Below, one piece after another: positions 1 to 9,300 of a DNA stretch of 64,000 nucleotides. Position numbers and translations under genes: made by a program. This stretch comes from an uncultured Gammaproteobacteria bacterium (GTDB lineage: Bacteria; Patescibacteriota; Patescibacteriia; UBA9934). The stretch spans positions 2,338-66,337 of the forward strand of contig CAYHFQ010000002.1 of the NCBI GenBank assembly GCA_964355955.1, read 5' to 3'. The first letter of the stretch is position 1; each line of letters opens with the position of its first letter. The notes under the pieces are model-generated. The model was not told the DNA's origin, made no database searches, and saw nothing but the letters and a program-made list of their open reading frames with translations.

Positions 1-1
1 A

Positions 2-1198
2 TTCGCTCATGAACGCGCGGCCGGTGAAAGTGGCGCCTTGCCGCATGATGTGGAAGAAGGTCCAGACGTCGTTAATATCATGACCGTGCACGGTGCCAAG
101 GGCCTGGAGTTCCGCTTTGTCTTCGTCGTCAACTTGGTCGAGCAGCGTTTCCCCTCACAGGCTCGCGGCACCTCGCTCTCATTCCCGCCGGGCCTCGTCA
201 ACGAAGACTGGTCAAGTGAAGAACATCACCGCGAAGAACGCCGCCTCTTTTACGTCGCCATGACCCGGGCCAAAGAAGGTCTCTATCTCATGTCAGCTGA
301 CGATTACGGTGGCGTCCGCTACAAAAAACCTTCGCGCTATCTAATCGAGCTCGGCTTCGTCGACCCCGCCACGATTAAAACCGGTCAGAAGGAAAAGGAC
401 GTTCTCGGCGGTTCGGTTGCAGTCACTGACACCGCCCCCTTCGTTTACAAAGTTCCAGAAAAACTCAGCTTCACCCAAATCACTGCCTTCGCCAAATGCC
501 CATTGCAATACAAATTCGCCCACGTCTTGCACGTGCCAATCTTCGGCCGTCACCAAATGAGCTACGGCAAGTCCATGCACAATACACTCCAGCATTTTAT
601 GGAGTCTCTATTGCCGTCAGGAGCTTCGGCCAAGGTACCGCTGCTAGTCGACCTCCTCAAACTCTTCGACGAGCAATGGATTGACGAATGGTACGAGAGC
701 GACGAACAACGAGAAGAATATCGCTCTGGCGGCCGATCATCGTTGGTGACTTTTCATAAACAGGTAATCGAGCAACAACCCAAACCAATCTATCTCGAAG
801 CCGGCTTCACGCTCAAAGTACTCGATGTCACGCTCAAAGGTCGCATTGACCGTATCGACCAGACAGCCGACGGTTGGGAAATTGTCGACTACAAAACTGG
901 CGGCGCTAAAACCATTAAAGATTTAGCTTGGGACGACAAACGCCAGTTGGTGCTGTACGCTATGGCGGTAGCCCAGTGTTTCCCCGACGCCCCCGCCAAC
1001 ATCAAACTCACTTACTATTATCTGGAAGATAACTCAACTGTCAGCTTTGAGGCGACAGAGAAGGACAAGGCCAAGCTCATCGACGACATTACCGAATTCA
1101 TGAGCGCCATCAAGGTCAGCAACTTCGCCCCAGAGCCAAGTCAGCACACCTGCAAGTTCTGCGACTTTAAGGATATCTGTGACTTCAACGCTTCGTAA
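2..1198 (+). CDS. C-terminal part of a UvrD/AddAB-family helicase-nuclease; 5' end lies outside the window
   Basis: Reading frame is open from the window start. It contains a helicase motif-VI-like segment (MTVHGAKGLEFRFVFVV) and a C-terminal RecB/Cas4-like PD-(D/E)XK core (IDRIDQ...EIVDYKTG) with a 4-Cys cluster (C...CKFCDFKDIC) typical of Fe-S nuclease domains. Confidence 0.6.
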   Translation, partial: FAHERAAGESGALPHDVEEGPDVVNIMTVHGAKGLEFRFVFVVNLVEQRFPSQARGTSLSFPPGLVNEDWSSEEHHREERRLFYVAMTRAKEGLYLMSADDYGGVRYKKPSRYLIELGFVDPATIKTGQKEKDVLGGSVAVTDTAPFVYKVPEKLSFTQITAFAKCPLQYKFAHVLHVPIFGRHQMSYGKSMHNTLQHFMESLLPSGASAKVPLLVDLLKLFDEQWIDEWYESDEQREEYRSGGRSSLVTFHKQVIEQQPKPIYLEAGFTLKVLDVTLKGRIDRIDQTADGWEIVDYKTGGAKTIKDLAWDDKRQLVLYAMAVAQCFPDAPANIKLTYYYLEDNSTVSFEATEKDKAKLIDDITEFMSAIKVSNFAPEPSQHTCKFCDFKDICDFNAS

Positions 1199-1200
1199 AT

Positions 1201-1548
1201 ATGGGCATGCAAGACATTAGCAACTTCCTCGCCACGTCATTCTTGAAACGCCACGGCATCGAGCAATCCGTCACCGCCACCATGATCGTGCAACGTGCCA
1301 ACGTCATCCTGGCCGAGCTCATCATCAACTCACCGCTTAAGAACGACGTCTACGTCATCTCCTACAAAAATGACGAGTTGGTGGTGGCTTGTCGTCACGC
1401 TGCCGCTAGTCACGCCGTGCAGGGACTACTGCCACAATTGCGTCAGGCCATTCAACAAGATTTTCCCAATAAATCTTTTCTAGCTCTCCGTACTCGCTTG
1501 AGCGGCCAAGAGTGGTATAATGACGCTAGTCTTGAACCTGGCTCCTGA
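1201..1548 (+). CDS. hypothetical small protein, 115 aa
   Basis: ORF follows the upstream stop directly and has a GC-rich codon pattern like its neighbours. No family recognised. Confidence 0.4.
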   Translation: MGMQDISNFLATSFLKRHGIEQSVTATMIVQRANVILAELIINSPLKNDVYVISYKNDELVVACRHAAASHAVQGLLPQLRQAIQQDFPNKSFLALRTRLSGQEWYNDASLEPGS

Positions 1549-1554
1549 ACCATT

Positions 1555-1938
1555 ATGAATTTACGCGATTATCTCCTCTCATTGTTAGCCGGAACTGTCG
1601 CCGCTCTCACCTCGGCGGTCATTGTGCTACTCATGATCGACCCTGTCAGTGCTGGCTTACTGGCTTTTGCGAGCCTCTACATAACCCTAGGTGCGGCTGC
1701 TGTCGGGCTATTTACCATCATCGGTACCCTGATTCGTGTTAAGCGCCAAGCCGCTGGTGCCGACGTCGGCCAGGCCGTGGCCCGGTCGCTCCGCCAAGCT
1801 ATCTTCTTTGCCGTCCTACTCCTCATCTCACTTTTCCTCTCGGCCCGCGATTTGCTCACGGTGTGGACAGTTTTACTGCTCGTTATTTTGGTAACCTTAG
1901 TCGAATTTTTCTTCCTAGCAGGGAAGCGTGAAGCGTAG
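1555..1938 (+). CDS. hypothetical membrane protein (3-4 TM helices)
   Basis: Hydrophobic helices (LLAGTVAALTSAVIVLLMI, LLLISLFL, LLLVILVTLVEFFFL). Tightly packed between neighbouring ORFs. Confidence 0.4.
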   Translation: MNLRDYLLSLLAGTVAALTSAVIVLLMIDPVSAGLLAFASLYITLGAAAVGLFTIIGTLIRVKRQAAGADVGQAVARSLRQAIFFAVLLLISLFLSARDLLTVWTVLLLVILVTLVEFFFLAGKREA

Positions 1939-1954
1939 TAAAGTGTGAGCTGAT

Positions 1955-3007
1955 ATGTTCAACCGACTCTTCGGTCGCTTTTCGCGCGACATTGCTATTG
2001 ACCTTGGTACTTCGCATACTCGCCTTTTCATTAAGGAGAAGGGTATTGTCATGCACGAGCCATCCATCGTTGCCGTCAACACCCGCACCAATCAAATTCT
2101 GGCCGTCGGTCACGCTGCTAAAGACATGGTGGGTAAAACGCCACCGCATATTATTACCACCAGACCACTCAGCAAGGGTGTTATTTCCGACTTCGAAGTG
2201 ACAGAGAAAATGCTTAAATATTTCGTCGACACCATTCACCAGGAATCATTCACTATCGTGCCCCGTCCACACATTGTGATGAGTGTGCCACTCGAAATTA
2301 CAGAGGTTGAACGCAAAGCTGTGGAAGACGCCGCTATTGGAGCCGGTGCTCGCGAAGTGTCTTTGGTGGAGTCACCAATTCTTGCTGCCTTGGGTGCTGG
2401 TCTGCCGATCGAAGCCTCCATCGGCAACATGATTGTCGACATTGGCGGCGGCACTACGGAGATTGCTGTCATCTCACTGTGCGGCATCGTCACCTGGAAG
2501 TCGCTCACGGTAGCTGGCGACGAAATGACTAAAAATATTATCACCTACGCTCGTGATGTCTTTAACATTTTGACTGGCGACAAAGTGGCGGAACAGGTCA
2601 AGATGCGGATTGGTAGCACGGTCGATACCGGCAACCGGCTCGAAATCGAAATGCGTGGTCGTGACCTTGTTACAGGCTTGCCTAAACAAGTCATTATCAA
2701 TGAAGGCCAAGTGCGTGAAGCCATCTACAAATCCGTCAAAGTCATTATCGAAAATATCAAAGCGACGATTGAAGTTACGCCACCAGAACTTGTGGCCGAC
2801 ATTTACGAGCGCGGTATTGTGCTGACCGGCGGGGGAGCATTACTCCGCGGTATTGAACGCAGCATCAGTAAGGAGGTGGACATCCCTGTACGTATTGCCG
2901 AAGACCCCATGACGGCCACGGTGCGCGGCGCTGGCCTCTTGCTCGACCAGCCGTTACTCCTCAAGGACATAGCCTTGCCTGCCACCGGTCACGACGCCGT
3001 CCGCTAA
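1955..3007 (+). CDS. mreB: rod-shape-determining actin homolog MreB
   Basis: N-terminus DIAIDLGTSHTRLF, the phosphate-2 motif DIGGGTTE, and typical length (350 aa). Followed by mreC and mreD. Confidence 0.92.
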   Translation: MFNRLFGRFSRDIAIDLGTSHTRLFIKEKGIVMHEPSIVAVNTRTNQILAVGHAAKDMVGKTPPHIITTRPLSKGVISDFEVTEKMLKYFVDTIHQESFTIVPRPHIVMSVPLEITEVERKAVEDAAIGAGAREVSLVESPILAALGAGLPIEASIGNMIVDIGGGTTEIAVISLCGIVTWKSLTVAGDEMTKNIITYARDVFNILTGDKVAEQVKMRIGSTVDTGNRLEIEMRGRDLVTGLPKQVIINEGQVREAIYKSVKVIIENIKATIEVTPPELVADIYERGIVLTGGGALLRGIERSISKEVDIPVRIAEDPMTATVRGAGLLLDQPLLLKDIALPATGHDAVR

Positions 3008-3017
3008 CTAAGCGAGT

Positions 3018-3824
3018 ATGCTTCGTCAATCGAGAATCACGAAGACGGGTTACGGCTTGCGCACAGCCGGTATTTTTGTCGCCATCGTCCTCGGCTATTT
3101 GTTGTTGCGCGCTATTCCGCCAGTTGGTCGAGTCTTGGCGCGGGTTGAACACGGCTTCGTAGTTTTAGGTACGGGTATTGGGGGCATCATTTCTCGTGTG
3201 ACAAGTTCCGAATCTTCGACTAATTCTAAGCTAAACGTCTGTACCACTCAGCTCGCGCTGGCCACAACACAGGTAGCTGGTTTAAGTGACGAAGCGAAGA
3301 ACATCAAAGAGCTAGAAGCTATGCTCGGTTATGTAGCCGAGTCCCACGTCACAGGAGTGGCAGCTCGCATCGTCACTCGATCGCTGCCTGAGACATCCGA
3401 ATTAACTATCGACAAGGGCAGCAGCGACGGCGTAGTGAGCGGCAGTGCCGTCACCATTGCGGATGGGCACCTACTCGGCGTAGTCACGAGCGTGGCTAAT
3501 GGTTCAGCTCAAGTCCGCCTAGTCCACAGTCAAGCCAGTAGTATTCCCGCCATGATTATAAATAGCGACCGCACTATCGGTTTGGTGGAAGGGCAGGAGG
3601 GTACGGTGCTCCGCATGCAGTACATTCCGCTCGATGCTAACGTCCATGAAGGCGACGTGGTCGTCACGTCCGGCCTAGCTGGGGGTTTGCCGGCTAACAT
3701 CGTCATCGGTTTGGTGACGAGCGTTATTAGCGTGGAGACGGCGCCTTTTCTAGAAGCCTTAATCGAGCCACTCTATGATGACCGTACCTGGACCAACGTG
3801 CTTGTCTTAAGTCCAACTTTTTAA
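3018..3824 (+). CDS. mreC: rod-shape-determining protein MreC
   Basis: N-terminal TM, coiled-coil, and the C-terminal beta domain with the GDVVVTSGLAGGLPANIVIG motif. Position is downstream of mreB. Confidence 0.85.
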   Translation: MLRQSRITKTGYGLRTAGIFVAIVLGYLLLRAIPPVGRVLARVEHGFVVLGTGIGGIISRVTSSESSTNSKLNVCTTQLALATTQVAGLSDEAKNIKELEAMLGYVAESHVTGVAARIVTRSLPETSELTIDKGSSDGVVSGSAVTIADGHLLGVVTSVANGSAQVRLVHSQASSIPAMIINSDRTIGLVEGQEGTVLRMQYIPLDANVHEGDVVVTSGLAGGLPANIVIGLVTSVISVETAPFLEALIEPLYDDRTWTNVLVLSPTF

Positions 3825-3825
3825 T

Positions 3826-4332
3826 ATGCGCGAGGCCATTTATCTCGCCATAGGTTTTGCGCTGACCATGCTGATGGCTATAGGCATTGTGCCGTCTTTG
3901 CCGTTCCCCCTAACTTACACACCACTCGTGTTAATCACCGGCTTGTTGGTACTCCAGCGTGAGGGAGTTGGGCCTGGTGTGGCCTGGTTATTGCTCGGTA
4001 GTTTACTCATGACTATTGATCACGTTGCACCCTACACACTTTGGCCAACCATCATTGCCACCCTAGTCGCCGTTATTTTCGCTACCCGAGTTTTCGCCAC
4101 CCGTTCCGTTTACGCTCTCATGGGTCTCGGGTTAGTTACTGGCCTCACTTATAGTTTAACTGTCCTGTTTGGTGCGCTCTTGGCGGTAATATTTTCAGCT
4201 ACCCCGCTACCGTCTACTTTGCTACCCAGCCTCTTAGCTTTTTTTGTACTTTTACAACTTTGCCTCTACCTTGGCTTCATGGCTATAGTCTCCCTCCGCA
4301 GCTGGACCTTACGAACCTTCGTTGTCCGCTAG
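3826..4332 (+). CDS. mreD: rod-shape-determining membrane protein MreD (probable)
   Basis: 168-aa polytopic membrane protein immediately downstream of mreC and upstream of PBP2. Confidence 0.6.
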   Translation: MREAIYLAIGFALTMLMAIGIVPSLPFPLTYTPLVLITGLLVLQREGVGPGVAWLLLGSLLMTIDHVAPYTLWPTIIATLVAVIFATRVFATRSVYALMGLGLVTGLTYSLTVLFGALLAVIFSATPLPSTLLPSLLAFFVLLQLCLYLGFMAIVSLRSWTLRTFVVR

Positions 4333-6229
4333 TATGAAATCTCCTTCGCCTTTCGGTACCTTGCTAAACGACGACTTGGGCGTGCTGTCAGACAGCTCGT
4401 CGGACATTGCTATGACGGAAGTAGTTGGTCGTCGTGGCCGCGTCGATAGTGAACCTGTTCGGGCTTTTGTCGGTAATGTCATTCCAGCCAAACGTTACAA
4501 ACTTGGAATTATTTTGACCCTCAGTTTACTCGGATTCTTTTTAGCTCGTGCTGGTTATTTCCAAATCATCCAAGGCGCCAACTATCGTGCCATTGCCGAG
4601 TCGAACCGTGGTCGCACACACATCTTGCCAGCCAAACGTGGCTTGATTACGGATCGGGACGGCGTCATCCTCGCTAAGAATATCCCGTCATTTACACTCA
4701 TCGCCCGACCAGCCGAATTGCCAAAGAAAGAAGTAGCTCGCAATAGTTTGTTTGCGGAGGTAGCTTCTGAGCTTGGTGGCGACGCTTTGGCCTGGACAGC
4801 AGCCTACGAAACTGGTCATGCCGCTTCATCCTTTGAGCTAATGGAGAACGTGCCGTATGAGCAGGCCTTAGCTTTTGCTGTGCATGATAGCGACGTGGTG
4901 GGTATCGACTTGATGCTCGACGCCAAACGGTCTTATGTTACCAACGCCATTCCATCGCTCTCGCATGTCATGGGTTACACTGGCGTCATGAATGCGGAAG
5001 ATTACGCAGCAGAGAAAAAGAATGGCTACCAACCTTACGACAAGATTGGTAAGCAGGGCGTGGAGTCGACGCATGAGGCGGAATTACGTGGTACGAACGG
5101 TTACGAAACGCTCGAGGTCAACGCCCAGGGCAAATACTTGCGCACGGTGGCTAAGCAGGACCCAGTTGATGGCGCCCGTTTGACGTTGTCTATCGACGCC
5201 AACTTGCAGCAGCATATTGAACAGGTCATGGCGGGGAGGCTCAAGGGTACCGTGGCCTCGCGTGGGGCCGTCGTCGTCATGAATCCGAAGAATGGGGAGA
5301 TTCTCGCCTTAGTTTCGTGGCCAGCCTATGACGCCAATCTTTTTACGGATGGCATTAGTCAGACTAATTACGACGCACTTCTCAACGACCCCGATCATCC
5401 GCTCTTCCCACGGGCCACGGCGGGGGAGTACCCCTCGGGCAGTACCATTAAGCCAATGTATGCTGCGGCCGCTTTAACCGAGGGCATCATCACCCCAAGT
5501 ACCACCGTCATCTCAACTGGTGGCTTGCAGATCGGCAACCGCTTCTTTCCCGACTGGCGGCCAGGTGGCCACGGCCTCACTAACGTCTACCACGCCATTG
5601 CGGACAGCGTGAATACTTTTTTCTACATGATCGGCGGTGGCTACGATACGTTTAAAGGCTTGGGTATCGACCGGCTCATGTCCTGGGCGGCCACTTTCGG
5701 CTTCGGAACTGTGAGCGGCCTTGATGTGCCAGGGGAGGGCAACGGTTTTTTGCCAAGCCCCGCTGCAAAACTCGAGGCCACTGGCGAGCCGTGGTACATC
5801 GGCGACACTTACAATGTCTCGATCGGTCAGGGCGACTTCTTAGTGACGCCCGTCCAAATCGCTCGCGCCACTTCCGTCTTTGCTAACGACGGTGTGCTCG
5901 AAACCCCACACCTCGAACTCGGCCTCGACTTGCCAGAGACACGTATTGTCTCAAGCGAAGTCGCCCAAGTCATTAAAGACGCCATGCGCCAAACAGTCAC
6001 CAATGGCTCAGCTAGCTCCATGCAGAGCGTACCTGTCGCTGTGGTCGGTAAAACTGGTACCGCCCAGTGGTCGCACTCTTCACCACCACATTCCTGGTTC
6101 ACCGGTTTCGCGCCGTACGATGATCCAGAGATAACGATTACCACTGTCATTGAAGAAGGCGGCAATGCGGCGCTGGCAATTCCCATCAGCCGGGAGATAT
6201 TAGAATGGTACTTTGCGGACCGCAAATAA
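4322..6229 (+). CDS. mrdA: penicillin-binding protein 2 (elongasome transpeptidase)
   Basis: N-terminal TM anchor, the PBP dimerisation region, and transpeptidase motifs SxxK (SGSTIKP), SxN and KTGTA. Lies within the mreBCD context. Confidence 0.9.
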   Translation: MSASMKSPSPFGTLLNDDLGVLSDSSSDIAMTEVVGRRGRVDSEPVRAFVGNVIPAKRYKLGIILTLSLLGFFLARAGYFQIIQGANYRAIAESNRGRTHILPAKRGLITDRDGVILAKNIPSFTLIARPAELPKKEVARNSLFAEVASELGGDALAWTAAYETGHAASSFELMENVPYEQALAFAVHDSDVVGIDLMLDAKRSYVTNAIPSLSHVMGYTGVMNAEDYAAEKKNGYQPYDKIGKQGVESTHEAELRGTNGYETLEVNAQGKYLRTVAKQDPVDGARLTLSIDANLQQHIEQVMAGRLKGTVASRGAVVVMNPKNGEILALVSWPAYDANLFTDGISQTNYDALLNDPDHPLFPRATAGEYPSGSTIKPMYAAAALTEGIITPSTTVISTGGLQIGNRFFPDWRPGGHGLTNVYHAIADSVNTFFYMIGGGYDTFKGLGIDRLMSWAATFGFGTVSGLDVPGEGNGFLPSPAAKLEATGEPWYIGDTYNVSIGQGDFLVTPVQIARATSVFANDGVLETPHLELGLDLPETRIVSSEVAQVIKDAMRQTVTNGSASSMQSVPVAVVGKTGTAQWSHSSPPHSWFTGFAPYDDPEITITTVIEEGGNAALAIPISREILEWYFADRK

Positions 6230-6252
6230 GCGGGATGATCATTCGCAAATAG

Positions 6253-6272
6253 GCGGGGTTACCATGCCCCGC
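6253..6272 (+). terminator. GC hairpin after mrdA (gcgggg-ttaccat-ccccgc); weak or partial terminator
   Basis: 6-bp GC stem with a 7-nt loop, 24 nt after the mrdA stop. No clear U-tract. Confidence 0.3.
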
Positions 6273-6293
6273 TGAAGTTATCCACGGCTCTCG

Positions 6294-6322
6294 TTGACCA
6301 ACAAAATTACGCATGATAATAC
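6294..6322 (+). promoter_or_regulatory. sigma70-like promoter for the Rhs toxin gene
   Basis: TTGACC, 17-bp spacer, TAATAC. The -10 overlaps the first ATG of the ORF-track ORF (6313), which argues the real start is the ATG at 6346. Confidence 0.45.
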
Positions 6323-6345
6323 TGAAGCAGTTTAAATACTGTCCT

Positions 6346-9300
6346 ATGCGCATTTTGCCATCACGCTGGCTGTTTGGTCTTATCGGTATCATAGGGCTTG
6401 GCTTATTGGCTTTACCATCAGCCACTTTCGCTACAGTCACAGATCAAGACAGCTCGCCGTTTGTGGTCAAAAATCAAATCAAACTCGCACCGGACATGCG
6501 CACCGGTGCGTTTTCGTATACTTACCCCATCACCTTACCTCCTGGCCGTAATGGTCTTCAGCCCAGCCTCGGTCTATCTTACAGTAGCAGTAATAGCGAT
6601 AACGCCAACCTCGCCGGCTACGGCTGGTTGCTGAATCTCCCAACCATCGAACGCATAGCCACCCACGGCACCGATGACCTCTACACTAGTCACGACTTTA
6701 CCTCATCACTTTCCGGCGACCTCGAAGACATTTCTTTAACCGACGCCACGCACGGCACATACGGCGCCAAGGTCGACGATGGTTCCTTCCTCGCTTACGT
6801 CTACAATTCCGACGAGTCGTGGACAGTCACGGACAAGCAGGGCACCATCTACACTTTTGCCGCAGACACCTCAGCTCAAATCGTTAGCAATACCGACACC
6901 ACGCACGTCTTCCGTTGGTACTTAACCGAGATGCGAGACACCAACGATAACTTCATCGCTTACACTTACTCCAAAGACGCTGGCCAAGTTTATCCCTCAT
7001 CTATCACCTACACCGGTCACGGTAGCACCGCTGGCATTTTTGCTGTTAACTTCACTCTGGAGAGCCGCAGCGACGCGGTCACTTCTTTCGCCACTGGTTT
7101 CTCTGTCAAAACCTCTTATCGCATCAGCGCCATCAACGTCACCGAGAATAGCTCCACTATTCGTAATTACGCCTTAGCCTACATCGCTGGTAGCAACGAC
7201 ATTCGTTCACTACTCTCAACTATCACGGAAACCGCCACCGACGAAGCGACCTCATCAATAATTACCAAACCAGCTACTACTTTTGACTATTCTGCCAACA
7301 CGGATTCATGGACGGAAGACACGAGTTTTGGCGGCTTACCAGAACCTATTGCTGGCACTAGTCTTGGCAGCCTCGGCATTTATTTCTTCGACGTCAACGG
7401 CGACGCTTTGCCAGACATGGTGAAGTCGAAAAGTACTACTCGCACTGTTTATATTAACAACGGCGACAATACGTGGACAGAGGACACCAGTATTACCGTA
7501 CCGTTGCAGTTCGCTAATTCTTTAGGAAAGGATACAGGCGTCCGAGTATTTGATTTGAATGGCGATGGCGAACAGGATTTAATCTCTTCACATATTGATT
7601 CTAGCGGCAATGTAGCTTCTGGAATTTATCTAAACAATGGTGACGGTACTGGCTGGACGGAGGATACGACGCTTGCTGTACCAATTGCTTTTACCAACGA
7701 CGGCAGTGGTTTAGATTTTGGTGTGCGCATTATAGATGCAGATGGAGACGGTATGCAGGACTTAGTCTACAGTCGAGATGGCATGACGACGGCAGTTTAT
7801 ATTAATAATGGTGACGGTACCGGCTGGACCGAGGACACTGGTTATGTGGTACCTATACAGTTTGTGACTTCTGGTTTGTACGACATGGGAGTTCGTCAGC
7901 TCGATGTTAATGGGGATGGGTTGCTTGATTTAGTAAAATCTAGATACACCGGCTCTTCATCGGTTATCGACGAAGCGGTCTACATTAATAACGGAAATGG
8001 TACAGGATGGAGCGAAGATACAAATTACTCCGTACCTGTTGCTGTAATTTTAAGTAATTTCGCGGATAACGGTGTTCGCTATCTAGATGTTAATAGAGAC
8101 GGGTTGACCGACATTGTCTACTTCCGTTCGTATTCCGGAACTGATTATAAAGATGTCTACATTAATAACGGAAATGGTACTGGTTGGACAGAAGATGCGT
8201 CCTATCAAGCTCCATTAGCGTATACGATTAACGGTTTTGATGTCGGTGTTCGTGAAGAAGACATCAACGGTGACGGACTGGATGATACTATTCGTTCTCG
8301 TGATATTAGTACTTTACAAGAAAATCTCTACCTCGCCAGTCCCACGTTCAGCGATAAACTTACCACTGTCACCACCAGCACTGGTGCTTCAACTTCCGTC
8401 ACTTACCAACCCTCAATCACAGTGGGTGGCGACCTCTCGTTCCCACTATCCGTTGTTGCGACTGAAACTGTCGACGACGGCCTAGGCCACACTGCCACCA
8501 CTAGCTACGACTTCGCGGATGGCGATTACTACTACGCCAGTGAGTATGACCGCAAGTTCGCTGGCTTCGGTATGGTCACCATCACTGACGCTAGTGGCAA
8601 AGTCACTAAGCGTTATTATCACCAGGGCAACGCCACCAATAGTACCCAGGGCGAAAGTAGCGACGACGTCAGCAAACTCTGGCAAATGTATCGCGAAGAA
8701 AGCTATGACGACGCCAGCCATCTATTCCGCACTGTCATTCATTCGTTCACCAGTGTCGACCTCGGCTATAGTCGAACCTTCGTTTACGAGAACCAAACGC
8801 TTGAACTCCGCTATGACGCGGACAGTGACCACACGGACTTAGCCACAAGCTACACTTATGATACTTCAACTGGTAATCTAACCGAAAAGAAAGAGTGGGG
8901 GAGAGTCACCGGCGTTGACGCTGGCACGTTTACAGATTCTGCCAGTGACACCCGGATCACAGATTACACTTACGCCAGTTTCTCGACCGGTCTGTGTGGC
9001 CTCGTCGACGATGAGCTGGTCAAAAACAACGCTGGCTCTACCGTTCAGGAAACAAAATATTATTACGATAGCTCAAGCCTCGGTACCGCCACGCTCGGCA
9101 ATCTGACGACCGAAGCGCATTGGACAGCTGGCAGTAGCTTCGTTAATACCGCCTATACTTACGACGGCTACGGTTTACTCGCCACTAAAACCGATGCTTT
9201 GAGTAACACCACCACCTTCACACCTGACTCGGCTAATCTCTACACAGCCACCCAGACGAATGCTTTAAGCCAGGCCACGGCTTACACTTACGATTACTCA

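Noticed and set aside
6313-6345. ORF-track start of the Rhs gene at 6313 (MIILKQFKYCP...)
   Set aside because: That ATG lies inside the predicted -10 (gaTAATACt) of the TTGACC-17-TAATAC promoter. The signal peptide begins at the ATG at 6346.
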